A stretch of DNA of 64,000 nucleotides from an uncultured Chloroflexia bacterium (GCA_963746845.1 CAVVCZ010000001.1:288001-352000); one strand, 5' to 3'; numbered from the stretch's first letter, positions 29,701-39,643 are shown. Program-made: numbers and translations. The notes: a model not told the origin generated them from the letters alone.

Positions 29701-32700
29701 TGTAGTTCCCGAGCCCGGTCCCGACCGCGGCCGAGATGGTGATCGGGTACGGGCTGCCCGCGACGGTCGCGGTCGCGATCGCGCCCGGGCTGGCCAGGCT
29801 GACGCTCGTGACGGTGTCCGTGTTGAGCAGGCCGCTCGTCGTGAACTCGGTCCCCGCGAACACGACCGTCTGGCCGTACGTCTTGGTCCGGTCGTTGGCG
29901 GTGATCGTGAGCGGCGCCGGGTTGACCGTCAGGGCTCCCGGGACGTAGCTGATCGTGTAGTTCCCGAGCCCGGTCCCGAGCGCGGCCGACGGCGTGATCG
30001 GGTACGGGCTGCCGGCGACCGTCGCGGTCGGCGCGGCACCCGCGCTCGCGAGGGTCACGCTCGTGACGGTGTCGGTCCCGAGCAGGCCGCTCGTCGTGAA
30101 CTCGGTCCCCGCGAACACGACCGTCTGGCCGTACGTCTTGGTCCGGTCGTCGGCGGTGATCGTGAGCGGCGCCGGGGTCACGTCGAACGATGCGCTCGTC
30201 GCGCCGATGAGCCCGGCGCTCGAGCTCTGGAGCTGGTACGTGCCGACCTGATCGACCGCGAGGTTCCCGAACGTGGCGATGCCGTTCACCGCCGCGACCG
30301 TGAGCGTCCCACCGAGGGTCGGCCCGGCCGGCGTCAGGGCCAGGGTCACCGAGGCGCTGCTCTCGGTCACGACGAGTCCGTTGTCGTCGAGGATCGCGAC
30401 CGTCACGGCCGGGCTCATCGTCGAGCGGTAGACGGTGTTCGTCGGCCCCTGCTGGAACGCGAGGTGGGTCGCCCGATTCCAGGTGACCGTGTTGTCCGCC
30501 GAGGTGGAGACGGTGTTGGGGTTGCCGGCGAGGTCGGTCGCGACCCCGGCACCGATCGACGCGATCACGGTGCCCGAGGTGGTCATCCCGGTGACCGCCA
30601 CGTTGAACGTGGTCGGACCGCCGGTCACGGTGCCGGTCTTCACGCCGCCCGAGGTCCCACCGATCGTCACGTCGCCCGTCGCGAACCCGGTCACGGGCTC
30701 ACTGAAGGTCACCGTGAAGTTGATCGGGCTGGCATTGGTCGGATCCGCCTGGCCAATCGCCTGGTTGATCGCGACGGTCGGGGCGACCACGTCCCAGGTG
30801 ACCGTGTTGTCGACCGAGGTCGACGCGACGTTGTTGTTGCCGGCGGCATCGGTCGCCCGATTGGCCGCCATCGACGCGATCACGGTCCCGGAGGTCGTCA
30901 TCCCGGTGACGGCCACGTTGTACGTCGTGGGGCCGCCCGTCACGGTCCCGACGAGCACCCCGCCGGCGGTCCCGCCCAGGGTGACGTCCCCGGTCGCGAA
31001 GCCGATCACCGGCTCGCTGAAGACGACGGTGAAGTTGATCGGGCTGGCGTTGGTCGGATCTGGCTGAGCAGCCGCCTGGTTGATCGTCACGGTCGGCGCG
31101 ACGTTGTCCCAGGTGACCGTGTTGTCTGCCGAGGTGGAGGCGGCGTTGTTGTTGCCGGCCGGGTCGGTCGCGACGCTCGCGCCGAGTGACGCGACGACCG
31201 TGCCCGGGGTCGTCATCCCGGTGACCGCGACGTTGTACGTCGTGGGGCCGCCGGTGACGGTGCCGGTGAGGGCCCCGCCGACCGTGCTGCCGGTGAAGCT
31301 GACGTCACCGGTCGCGAAGCCGATCACCGGCTCGCTGAAGACGACGGTGAAGTTGATCGGGCTGGCGTTGGTCGGATCGGGCTGAGCAGCCGCCTGGTTG
31401 ATCGTCACGGTCGGCGCGACGTTGTCCCAGGTGACCGTGTTGTCCGCCGAGGTGGAGACGGTGTTGGGGTTGCCGGCGAGGTCGGTCGCGACCCCGGCAC
31501 CGATCGACGCGATCACGGTGCCCGAGATCGTCATCCCGGTGACCGCCACGGTGTACACGGTCGGGCCGCCGGTCACGGTGCCGGTCTTCACGCCGCCCGA
31601 GGTCCCGCCGATCGTCACGTCGCCCGTGGCGAAGCCGGTCACGGGCTCGCTGAAGGTGACCGTGTAGTTGATCGGGCTGGTGTTGGTCGGATCCGCCTGG
31701 CCGATCGCCTGGTTGATCGTGACGGTCGGGGCGGTCCGGTCGATCGTGACCGTCGGTCCGTCCGTCTGGGCGTTGTTGTTCCCGGCGGCGTCGGTGACGG
31801 CGTTGACCCGGATCCGCAGGATGACCGTCCCCGCGCCACAGCCGGTGAGGGTGACGGTGTACGCGGCAGCGGCACCGGCCGGGGCGCCGATCACGCAGCC
31901 GGCCGCGGTCCCGACGTTCGAGAGGTCGTTGGCCAGGAAGCCGGCAACGCTCTCGCTCCACGTCACGTCGAAGACGAGGGTGGCGGCGTTGGTGATGTCG
32001 TCGCTGTTCGACGCGCCGGTGTCGGAGCCGGCCTGGAGGTCGATGACGGCGGTCGGCGCGACGTTGTCCCAGGTGACCGTGTTGTCGACCGAGGTCGAGG
32101 CGGCGTTGTTGTTGCCGGCCGGGTCGGTCGCGACGCCGGCGCCGAGCGACGCGATGACCGTGCCCGGGGTGGTCATCCCGGTGACCGCCACGTTGAACAC
32201 GGTCGGGCCGCCGGTCACGGTGCCGGTCTTCACCCCGCCCGACGTCCCGCCGATCGTCACGTCACCGGTCGCGAAGCCGACGACGGCCTCGCTGAACGTC
32301 ACGGTGAAGTTGATCGGACTCGTCCCGGTCGGATCGACCTGGGCGGCGGCCTGGTTGATCGTGACGGTCGGCGCGACGACATCCCAGGTGACGGTGTTGT
32401 CGGCCGAGGTCGACGCCGCGTTGTTGTTGCCGGCGAGATCGGTCGCGACCGACGCCGCGATCGTGGCGGTCACGGTCCCCGAGGTGGTCATCCCGGTGAC
32501 CGCCACGGTGTACACGGTCGGGCCGCCGGTCACGGTGCCGGTCTTCACCCCGCCCGAGGTCCCGCCGATCGTCACGTCGCCCGTGGCGAAGCCGGTCACG
32601 GGCTCGCTGAAGGTGACCGTGTAGTTGATCGGGCTGGTGTTGGTCGGATCCGCCTGGCCGACCGCCTGGTTGATCGTGACGGTCGGGGCGACGTTGTCCC

Positions 32701-35700
32701 AGGTGACCGTGTTGTCCGTGGAGGTCGAGGCGACGTTGTTGTTGCCCGCGAGGTCGGTCGCCCGGGCCGCCGCGATCGTGGCGATGACGGTGCCCGAGGT
32801 CGTCATGCCCGTGACCGCGACGTTGAAGACCGTGGGTCCCCCGGTGACGGTCCCGGTCTTGCCGCCACCCGCGGTGCCCGCGAAGGTCACGTCGCCGGTC
32901 GCGAAGCCGATCACCGGCTCGCTGAACGTCACGGTGTAGTTGATCGGGCTGGTGTTGGTCGGATCGGGCTGAGCCGCGGCCTGGTTGATCGTGACGGTCG
33001 GCGCCACGTTGTCCCAGGTGACCGTGTTGTCGACCGAGGTCGAGGCGGCGTTGTTGTTGCCGGCCGGGTCGGTCGCGACGCCGGCGCCGAGCGACGCGAT
33101 GACCGTGCCCGGGGTGGTCATCCCGGTGACCGCCACGTTGAACACGGTCGGGCCGCCGGTCACGGTGCCGGTCTTCACCCCGCCCGACGTCCCGCCGATC
33201 GTCACGTCACCGGTCGCGAAGCCGACGACGGCCTCGCTGAACGTCACGGTGAAGTTGATCGGACTCGTCCCGGTCGGATCGACCTGGGCGGCGGCCTGGT
33301 TGATCGTGACGGTCGGCGCGACGACATCCCAGGTGACGGTGTTGTCGGCCGAGGTCGACGCCGCGTTGTTGTTGCCGGCGAGATCGGTCGCGACCGACGC
33401 CGCGATCGTGGCGGTCACGGTCCCCGAGGTGGTCATCCCGGTGACCGCCACGGTGTACACGGTCGGGCCGCCGGTCACGGTGCCGGTCTTCACGCCGCCC
33501 GAGGTCCCGCCGATCGTCACGTCGCCCGTGGCGAAGCCGGTCACGGGCTCGCTGAAGGTGACCGTGTAGTTGATCGGGCTGGTGTTGGTCGGATCCGCCT
33601 GGCCGACCGCCTGGTTGATCGTGACGGTCGGGGCGACGTTGTCCCAGGTGACCGTGTTGTCCGTGGAGGTCGAGGCGACGTTGTTGTTGCCCGCGAGGTC
33701 GGTCGCCCGGGCCGCCGCGATCGTGGCGATGACGGTGCCCGAGGTCGTCATGCCCGTGACCGCGACGTTGAAGACCGTGGGTCCCCCGGTGACGGTCCCG
33801 GTCTTGCCGCCACCCGCGGTGCCCGCGAAGGTCACGTCGCCGGTCGCGAAGCCGATCACCGGCTCGCTGAACGTCACGGTGTAGTTGATCGGGCTGGTGT
33901 TGGTCGGATCGGGCTGAGCCGCGGCCTGGTTGATCGTGACGGTCGGCGCCACGTTGTCCCAGGTGACCGTGTTGTCGACCGAGGTCGAGGCGGCGTTGTT
34001 GTTGCCGGCCGGGTCGGTCGCGACGCCGGCGCCGAGCGACGCGATGACCGTGCCCGGGGTGGTCATCCCGGTGACCGCCACGTTGAACACGGTCGGGCCG
34101 CCGGTCACGGTGCCGGTCTTCACCCCGCCCGACGTCCCGCCGATCGTCACGTCACCGGTCGCGAAGCCGACGACGGCCTCGCTGAACGTCACGGTGAAGT
34201 TGATCGGACTCGTCCCGGTCGGATCGACCTGGGCGGCGGCCTGGTTGATCGTGACGGTCGGCGCGACGACATCCCAGGTGACGGTGTTGTCGGCCGAGGT
34301 CGACGCCGCGTTGTTGTTGCCGGCGAGATCGGTCGCGACCGACGCCGCGATCGTGGCGGTCACGGTCCCCGAGGTGGTCATCCCGGTGACCGCCACGGTG
34401 TACACGGTCGGGCCGCCGGTCACGGTGCCGGTCTTCACGCCGCCCGAGGTCCCGCCGATCGTCACGTCGCCCGTGGCGAAGCCGGTCACGGGCTCGCTGA
34501 AGGTGACCGTGTAGTTGATCGGGCTGGTGTTGGTCGGATCCGCCTGGCCGACCGCCTGGTTGATCGTGACGGTCGGGGCGACGTTGTCCCAGGTGACCGT
34601 GTTGTCGGTCGAGGTGGACGCCGCGTTCGGATTTCCGCCTGCGTCCGTCGCGACGCCGGCGCCGAGCGACGCCACGACCGTGCCCGGGGTGGTCATCCCG
34701 GTGACCGCGACGTTGAAGACCGCGGGTCCGCCTGTGACGGTCCCGGTCTTCACCCCGCCCGAGGTCCCGCCGATCGTGACGTCGCCGGTCGCGAAGCCGA
34801 CCGCGTTCTCGCTGAAGGTGACGGTGAAGTTGATCGGGCTGGTCCGGGCGGGATCCACCTGGGCTGCCGCCTGGTTGATCGTGACCGTCGGGGCCACGCT
34901 GTCGACCGTCGTGTTCACCTGGTTCGACGTCACGCTGGCGCCACCGCAGTTGCCCGTGCACGTCGCCGCGGCGGTGTTGGAGTACACCGTCCCGTCCGTC
35001 GCTCCGCCGGGAACCGTGACCGGGATGGTGACCGTGTAGGTGGCGTTGTTCGCCGGCCCGGTCAGGGTGCATGACACGTTGTTGCCCACCGTCGCCGCAC
35101 AGCTCGACGCGCCGCTCGAGCCGACCCCGCTCACAATTCCGACGGTCAGAGGGCCGGGCACGGCGTCGGTGATGGTGATGTTGCCCTGGTTGCCGTTGCC
35201 GGTGACCCGCAGGGTGTAGCTGAAGCCCGCGCCGGGACTCGTCGTGGCCGGGCCGGACTTCCCGTTGGTGCCGCCGATCCAGGTCACCGCAGCGGCGACA
35301 TATGGCCCGACGAACGGACCGCCCGGGCCCGTTGGTGCGGCGCCGGCCGGCTTCAGCGGATCGCTGCCGTCGTCGGCGGCTGCCTGGGCGAGGTCCAGCC
35401 GGCCGTTGCCCGTCTCGGATCGCGTGCCGACCGGGGCCGCGGAGCGAGCCAGGCGACCCACGATCACGCCGTTGGACGCGCCCGGATCGAGCGCCCGCAG
35501 GAGGGCGGCGGCGCCCGCGACCTCGGCCGACGAGGCCGACGTGCCGCTGATCGACGTCGTGCCGCCGCCCGGCTGGAGGGTCACGATGCCGGTGCCCGGC
35601 GCTCCGAGGAAGGTGTCGGCGCCGTGGTTCGACGAGCCGTCGAGCTGGTCCGCCTCGTTGGTGTTCGACACGCCGATGACGCCGCGGTCGCCGGCCGGGT

Positions 35701-36802
35701 AGGTCGGTGCGCTCGACCCGTCGTTGCCGGTCGCCGCCACGACGACGACGTCGTGAGTCCACGCGTAGTCGATCGCGCTCTGGAGGGCAGCACTGAAGCC
35801 CGGGTTGCTGAACGAGAGGTTGATGACGTTCGCGCCGTGGTCGACCGCCCAGACGACGCCCTCGATGATGTCGCTGTCCTGGCCGAGGCCGTTGGCGTCG
35901 AGGACGGTGACCGGCATGACCTTGACCCCGGCGAAGCCGATGCCGGCGATCCCCTGGCCGTTGTCTGCCGCCGCCGCGATGATCCCCGCCATCGCGGTTC
36001 CGTGGCCGTTCGGGTCGACGGTCGGGTCGCTCCCCGGAAGCAGGCTCGTGCCGGACACCAGACGACCCGCGAGATCCGGATGCGTCGCATCGACGCCGGT
36101 GTCGAGTACCGCGACGACCGACCTGCCCGACGGGTGGGCCGACGCGCGGACCGTGTCCCAGCCGATCAACGGCAGGGACCACTGGGATGGGTATGCTGGA
36201 TCGTCCGGGGCGGCTTCGGCGGAACGCACGCGGTCCAGGTCCACGCGGAGCACGTCGGGGTCGGCGCGCAGCAGGTTGACGACGGTCGAGCCCTCAGGGA
36301 CCCGGACGACGGCCATCCGCAGGGGCGCGATCGTGTCGACCACCTCGGCGCCAGCGGCCGCCAGGATGCTCGCGCGCGCGGAGGCACCCGTGCCCGGCGC
36401 GAAGGTGACGACGTAGTCATCGGTCGCCGGCGACGCGGTCGGTGCGGGCGACGCGGGCGGCGCTGACGGCGGCGACGGCGCCTCGGATTCGGGCGGGTCG
36501 GCCGGGCCGGAGCTCTCGATCGTCGCGGCCGTCGGCGCCGGGGATGGCGCCGCGCTCGGCGTCGCCGGCGATGGCTCGGGCGACGATGGCTCGAGCGACG
36601 GTGGCTCGGGCGACGATGGCTCGGCGGGCTCGTTCGGGGCGGAGCTCGGCGTGCCGGCCGGATCGGCAGAGGCGCTCGCGTCGGGTGCCTGGCCCGGATC
36701 GGCCGCGAGACCGGCGACGGGCGACAGGAGCCAGCCCAGGATCAGGGTGATCTGGAGGAAGGCGAGCAGTCGGTAGCGCGCGCTCGGGGTCCGGTTGGTC
36801 AA
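26777..36802 (-). CDS. Giant (~3340 aa) secreted S8 subtilase-adhesin: signal peptide, Pro-rich linker, prodomain, S8, DUF11-like, ~14 Ig-like repeats, ~8 MBG-like repeats, two Ig (Big_9-like) domains, sortase-like C-terminus
   Basis: VAVLDTGVD, HGTAMAG, AATGNDG, SGTSASSA; PTVTINQA..DPTN.SPIN.TVTFSE repeats; APLTITA.DRTKTYG repeats; IPQTD-TM-RRRPGDR tail; start re-called to TTG 36802. Confidence 0.88.
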   Translation of the reverse strand: MTNRTPSARYRLLAFLQITLILGWLLSPVAGLAADPGQAPDASASADPAGTPSSAPNEPAEPSSPEPPSLEPSSPEPSPATPSAAPSPAPTAATIESSGPADPPESEAPSPPSAPPASPAPTASPATDDYVVTFAPGTGASARASILAAAGAEVVDTIAPLRMAVVRVPEGSTVVNLLRADPDVLRVDLDRVRSAEAAPDDPAYPSQWSLPLIGWDTVRASAHPSGRSVVAVLDTGVDATHPDLAGRLVSGTSLLPGSDPTVDPNGHGTAMAGIIAAAADNGQGIAGIGFAGVKVMPVTVLDANGLGQDSDIIEGVVWAVDHGANVINLSFSNPGFSAALQSAIDYAWTHDVVVVAATGNDGSSAPTYPAGDRGVIGVSNTNEADQLDGSSNHGADTFLGAPGTGIVTLQPGGGTTSISGTSASSAEVAGAAALLRALDPGASNGVIVGRLARSAAPVGTRSETGNGRLDLAQAAADDGSDPLKPAGAAPTGPGGPFVGPYVAAAVTWIGGTNGKSGPATTSPGAGFSYTLRVTGNGNQGNITITDAVPGPLTVGIVSGVGSSGASSCAATVGNNVSCTLTGPANNATYTVTIPVTVPGGATDGTVYSNTAAATCTGNCGGASVTSNQVNTTVDSVAPTVTINQAAAQVDPARTSPINFTVTFSENAVGFATGDVTIGGTSGGVKTGTVTGGPAVFNVAVTGMTTPGTVVASLGAGVATDAGGNPNAASTSTDNTVTWDNVAPTVTINQAVGQADPTNTSPINYTVTFSEPVTGFATGDVTIGGTSGGVKTGTVTGGPTVYTVAVTGMTTSGTVTATIAASVATDLAGNNNAASTSADNTVTWDVVAPTVTINQAAAQVDPTGTSPINFTVTFSEAVVGFATGDVTIGGTSGGVKTGTVTGGPTVFNVAVTGMTTPGTVIASLGAGVATDPAGNNNAASTSVDNTVTWDNVAPTVTINQAAAQPDPTNTSPINYTVTFSEPVIGFATGDVTFAGTAGGGKTGTVTGGPTVFNVAVTGMTTSGTVIATIAAARATDLAGNNNVASTSTDNTVTWDNVAPTVTINQAVGQADPTNTSPINYTVTFSEPVTGFATGDVTIGGTSGGVKTGTVTGGPTVYTVAVTGMTTSGTVTATIAASVATDLAGNNNAASTSADNTVTWDVVAPTVTINQAAAQVDPTGTSPINFTVTFSEAVVGFATGDVTIGGTSGGVKTGTVTGGPTVFNVAVTGMTTPGTVIASLGAGVATDPAGNNNAASTSVDNTVTWDNVAPTVTINQAAAQPDPTNTSPINYTVTFSEPVIGFATGDVTFAGTAGGGKTGTVTGGPTVFNVAVTGMTTSGTVIATIAAARATDLAGNNNVASTSTDNTVTWDNVAPTVTINQAVGQADPTNTSPINYTVTFSEPVTGFATGDVTIGGTSGGVKTGTVTGGPTVYTVAVTGMTTSGTVTATIAASVATDLAGNNNAASTSADNTVTWDVVAPTVTINQAAAQVDPTGTSPINFTVTFSEAVVGFATGDVTIGGTSGGVKTGTVTGGPTVFNVAVTGMTTPGTVIASLGAGVATDPAGNNNAASTSVDNTVTWDNVAPTAVIDLQAGSDTGASNSDDITNAATLVFDVTWSESVAGFLANDLSNVGTAAGCVIGAPAGAAAAYTVTLTGCGAGTVILRIRVNAVTDAAGNNNAQTDGPTVTIDRTAPTVTINQAIGQADPTNTSPINYTVTFSEPVTGFATGDVTIGGTSGGVKTGTVTGGPTVYTVAVTGMTISGTVIASIGAGVATDLAGNPNTVSTSADNTVTWDNVAPTVTINQAAAQPDPTNASPINFTVVFSEPVIGFATGDVSFTGSTVGGALTGTVTGGPTTYNVAVTGMTTPGTVVASLGASVATDPAGNNNAASTSADNTVTWDNVAPTVTINQAAAQPDPTNASPINFTVVFSEPVIGFATGDVTLGGTAGGVLVGTVTGGPTTYNVAVTGMTTSGTVIASMAANRATDAAGNNNVASTSVDNTVTWDVVAPTVAINQAIGQADPTNASPINFTVTFSEPVTGFATGDVTIGGTSGGVKTGTVTGGPTTFNVAVTGMTTSGTVIASIGAGVATDLAGNPNTVSTSADNTVTWNRATHLAFQQGPTNTVYRSTMSPAVTVAILDDNGLVVTESSASVTLALTPAGPTLGGTLTVAAVNGIATFGNLAVDQVGTYQLQSSSAGLIGATSASFDVTPAPLTITADDRTKTYGQTVVFAGTEFTTSGLLGTDTVTSVTLASAGAAPTATVAGSPYPITPSAALGTGLGNYTISYVPGALTVNPAPLTITANDRTKTYGQTVVFAGTEFTTSGLLNTDTVTSVSLASPGAIATATVAGSPYPITISAAVGTGLGNYTIGYVPGTLTVDPAVAVIVVTGYSVTYDALPHTATGTATGVLGEDLSAGLDLSATTRTAVGTTVDPWTFSDPAGNYLADAGTVIDEIDPAPLTITADDRTKTYGQTVVFAGTEFTTSGLLGTDTVTSVTLASAGAAPTATVAGSPYPITPSAALGTGLGNYTISYVPGALTVNPAPLTITANDRTKTYGQTVVFAGTEFTTSGLLNTDTVTSVSLASPGAIATATVAGSPYPITISAAVGTGLGNYTIGYVPGTLTVDPAVAVIVVTGYSVTYDALPHTATGTATGVLGEDLSAGLDLSATTRTAVGTTVDPWTFSDPAGNYLADAGTVIDEIDPAPLTITADDRTKTYGQTVVFAGTEFTTSGLLGTDTVTSVTLASAGAAPTATVAGSPYPITPSAALGTGLGNYTISYVPGALTVNPAPLTITANDRTKTYGQTVVFAGTEFTTSGLLNTDTVTSVSLASPGAIATATVAGSPYPITISAAVGTGLGNYTIGYVPGTLTVDPAVAVIVVTGYSVTYDALPHTATGTATGVLGEDLSAGLDLSATTRTAVGTTVDPWTFSDPAGNYLADAGTVIDEIDPAPLTITADDRTKTYGQTVVFAGTEFTTSGLLGTDTVTSVTLASAGAAPTATVAGSPYPITPSAALGTGLGNYTISYVPGALTVNPAPLTITANDQSKPFGILFVFDGTEFSVAGLHNADSVAAAILASAGAPALAAPGTYPITISAAVGTGLANYTITYVPGTFTVGNTPPIVGDAAVETDATVPVSGAVTVTDPDTGQTVTLTVSTAPAHGTVSIAQDGSFTYTPTGTFTGQDGFTIEGCDDNAIPACAMGTVNVAVFPVAVDDADVTSAGQTVEVDVEANDIGDAGTPQIVVGPAHGTATIGSIIYTPAAGFSGLDQVTYRICSPNDPALCDDATLTITVNAAIPQTDADPILGTPFGPVRATTAWAVILTLVLISGFGAAVIIRRRPGDR
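27676..30176. repeat. Intragenic tandem repeat, 738-bp unit, about 3.4 copies, apparently identical
   Basis: Same sequence recurs at 27676, 28414, 29152 and 29890; identical antisense ORFs at 738-bp spacing. Confidence 0.95.
32061..34606. repeat. Intragenic tandem repeat, 945-bp unit (three 315-bp Ig domains), about 2.7 copies, near-identical
   Basis: Antisense ORFs repeat at 32625/33570/34515 and 32985/33930; only rare synonymous differences seen. Confidence 0.93.
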
Positions 36803-36950
36803 GGTCGTTCCGTGGTGCCGTTCTGACGCGTCGGGACGGCGTGGAGATGATCGCGCGGAGCCCGCGCGATCAGGGCAACCCGACCGTACGATGGCTGATC
36901 CCCACCGGCCACAGTACCTTTGGGGGGTGCGGCCGGCCGGCCCGGTGGCC

Positions 36951-38000
36951 TCAGCCGGCGAGGGTCGGGCTCGGGTGGACGATGACCTTGATCCCGGTCC
37001 GGGCCGCGAGCCTGGCAAATGCCTCCGGAGCCTCCGCCAGGGCATGGCGGTGGGTGATCAGCCCGGCCAGGTCGACCCGTCCGTCCACGGCGAGGGCGAT
37101 CGCCCGATCGAGGTCCTCGGCGCGCATCCGGCGGCTGAACACGAGCGACAGCTCCTTCCGCCGGGCCGTGCTCGCCCGGAGGCTCGACCGGTCGCCGGGC
37201 GGGATCCCGACGAGCACGGCACGTCCGCCGGGCCTCGCCGCCTCGATCGCTGCCGCCAGCCCCGCATCGGTTCCGGCCGCGTCGAAGGCGACGTCGACAG
37301 CGCCGCCATGGCCGGCCGCGTCCGTCGCCCCGAGCGCGAGCGCGGCCGCCAGCCGGTGCGGCAGCGGGTCGCTCGCGAGGATCGGGTGCACGCCGGCCAG
37401 CCGGAGGACCTGGACGATCAACAGCCCGATCGGGCCGCAGCCCACCACGGCGGCGCCGTCGCCTGGCTGGAGCTGCGCCAGGTCGACCGCGTGGAGCGCG
37501 ACGCCGAGCGGCTCGAGCAGGGCCGCTTCGTCGGGCGTGATCGGCTCCGGCACGGGCCTGAGGAGTCGGGAGGGCCACCACATGGCCGAGCGCAGTGCCC
37601 CGTCCGTGTCGCTGTGCCCGGCGAAGCGGGTCGTGAGGCAGAGGTGCTCCAGGCCGGTTCGGCACGCCGGGCACGATCCGCACGGGATGCACGGATCGGC
37701 AACGACGAGCCGGCCGTCGTCGAGCCGCCCGCAGAACTCGTGCCCGAGGACGAGCGGATGGTCGAGTCCGGAATCGCCGATGGCGCCCTCCTCGAACCAG
37801 TGGAGGTCCGAGCCGCACAGGCCCACAGCGGCGACGGTCAGACGGACGTCATCCGGACCGACCGGAGGCTCCGGCTCGTGGACCACCCGGATGTCACGCG
37901 GGCCGAACAGCCGGGCCGCCGCCACCGAGCCGCGGTCACGGCCGTCCCTGCCCGGAGTTTCCGCCGAAGACGCTCGGCGTGCCGAGAAGTCTGCCTGCAT
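36951..38000 (-). CDS. Zinc-dependent alcohol/polyol dehydrogenase (MDR family)
   Basis: GLCGSDLH, LGHEFCG, C..C..C......C structural zinc site, EPLGVALHA, GCGPIGL; true start may lie further downstream. Confidence 0.88.
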   Translation of the reverse strand: MQADFSARRASSAETPGRDGRDRGSVAAARLFGPRDIRVVHEPEPPVGPDDVRLTVAAVGLCGSDLHWFEEGAIGDSGLDHPLVLGHEFCGRLDDGRLVVADPCIPCGSCPACRTGLEHLCLTTRFAGHSDTDGALRSAMWWPSRLLRPVPEPITPDEAALLEPLGVALHAVDLAQLQPGDGAAVVGCGPIGLLIVQVLRLAGVHPILASDPLPHRLAAALALGATDAAGHGGAVDVAFDAAGTDAGLAAAIEAARPGGRAVLVGIPPGDRSSLRASTARRKELSLVFSRRMRAEDLDRAIALAVDGRVDLAGLITHRHALAEAPEAFARLAARTGIKVIVHPSPTLAG

Positions 38001-38146
38001 CGCGATCGCCTCGTGCGGGGCCGGCGAGATGAGTCAACCGTGCGGATGCCATCTTCATCCGGATCCCGGTCGAGCGGTACAGGACGCTTCTCACGCTCCC
38101 GGTCGAGCCCTCGCAGTCGGCAGGCCGAACCGGCAGGGCAGACGGG

Positions 38147-39643
38147 TCAGCCGAGGGCGGGCACCGAGACCCTCCCCGCGTGGATGGCCGCGACGTACGC
38201 CGCGTGGTCCCGCTCGTTGACCGTCGCGTAGGTCTCGGAGAAGTCGGCGATCGCGCCGTCGAACCTGTCGCTCGTCCCCAGGTACGCCGTGATGGCCACC
38301 GCATCGCCGGTCACGGCGTGGGCCCGCGCGAGCGACCAACCGCAGACCGCGCCGTAGAAGCCGAGGCCGACCGGATCCATCGTGGTGATGTCCACCGAAC
38401 CCTTCATGTCCCAGAGCTGTCGCAGATAGAAGTCGTGGCCGCTCGGTCCGCGCGTCCAGCCGAGGAGGATGTCGGGCGTCGCCTGCATCCGCTGCTGCCC
38501 GACCACGACCCGCTCCGCATGGCTCGCATGCGCGCTCTGGTCGACATACGGCGCGAGGACCGACGCGGTTGCCTCCTTCGCCTGGAGGATGAGCGGGTCG
38601 TTCTCGTCACGCCCCTGGAGGACGAGCACGTAGCAGCGCGTCCCGACGCTGCCGACACCGACGACCTTGAGAGCGAAGTCCACGAACCGATAGCGCTCCA
38701 GGAAGGCGCGCCGGTGCTCCGGCATCGTCGCGCGGTAGTCACTGAAGACCTTCTCCAGGGCCTTGGAACCGCCGATGCCCTCGATATCAACGTGGGTGAT
38801 GACGGGCGGGTCGTCGAGGATCGTTCGGCGTCCGTCCACGACGGCCGTCAGCTTCTCGAAGGCGCGCATCCCGTCGCGCTGGCGGGCCTTGCTGAAGATC
38901 GCCTCGAGGTTCCGGCGGCGAACGATGCCTTCGCGGCCCTGGAGTCTTCCCGTCGCCTCGGTGGCCTCCCGGATGTCGGCCTCGGTGATCGAGGCGTACC
39001 AGGCCGCCATGAGGCTCATGCCCGCGTAGCGGGCCATCCATTGGCGATAGCTGCGGACCGTGGCCATCGCCGCCCCCCGGTTCTGGGCGGCGCTGAAGCC
39101 CCGCGCCCGGCCGGCGATGACGACGCTCGCCGCGAGCCGTTTGACATCCCACTCCCAGGGCGCGGGTAGCGTCTCATCGAAGTCGTTGGCGTCGAAGACG
39201 AGCGTCCGCTCAGGCGAGGCGAACAGCCCGAAGTTGCTGAGGTGGGCGTCACCACTTGCCTGGACGAGGATGTCCGTGCGAGGGGTGGTCCCCAGGTCGA
39301 ACGCCATCACGGCGGCTGTCCCGCGGTAGTAGGCGAACGCCGACTCGGCCATCCGCTCATGGCGGACGGGAACGAGGTCCTGGAGCCGGTCCACCTCCTG
39401 GGCGGCCAGGATCGCGATCGGGTCACGGCCGAGGGCGGGGTCGAAGGCGGCATGGCTCACCCGTGGGACACGCTTGCGGGCTGCCTTGCCCGTCGCACTG
39501 CGCTCGCTCGGCGGGAGCCATGGTCGAGCGGTCCAGGCGCCATTGGTCGGGTGATCGGCCTGCGCTGTCGCGTCGAAAGCCGTTGCGGTTGTGATGTCGG
39601 GAGTCGTGCTCTTCGGCCGTCGTGCGGTCGTCGGATTGGTCAT
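38147..39643 (-). CDS. DUF2252 family protein (kinase-like fold)
   Basis: RHERMAESAFAYYRG, GDAHLSNFG, FDANDFDE, KVVGVGSVGTR, LQAKEA, YLRQLWDMKGS, LARAHA. Confidence 0.9.
   Translation of the reverse strand: MTNPTTARRPKSTTPDITTATAFDATAQADHPTNGAWTARPWLPPSERSATGKAARKRVPRVSHAAFDPALGRDPIAILAAQEVDRLQDLVPVRHERMAESAFAYYRGTAAVMAFDLGTTPRTDILVQASGDAHLSNFGLFASPERTLVFDANDFDETLPAPWEWDVKRLAASVVIAGRARGFSAAQNRGAAMATVRSYRQWMARYAGMSLMAAWYASITEADIREATEATGRLQGREGIVRRRNLEAIFSKARQRDGMRAFEKLTAVVDGRRTILDDPPVITHVDIEGIGGSKALEKVFSDYRATMPEHRRAFLERYRFVDFALKVVGVGSVGTRCYVLVLQGRDENDPLILQAKEATASVLAPYVDQSAHASHAERVVVGQQRMQATPDILLGWTRGPSGHDFYLRQLWDMKGSVDITTMDPVGLGFYGAVCGWSLARAHAVTGDAVAITAYLGTSDRFDGAIADFSETYATVNERDHAAYVAAIHAGRVSVPALG

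Noticed and set aside
27065-31189. 1374-aa plus-strand repetitive ORF and many short repeated ORFs
   Set aside because: Antisense or alternate-frame shadows of the giant repeat protein.
27676-34606. Long repeats as a CRISPR array or mobile element
   Set aside because: Units are 738 and 945 bp, in-frame coding, with no spacers, cas genes, terminal inverted repeats or transposase.
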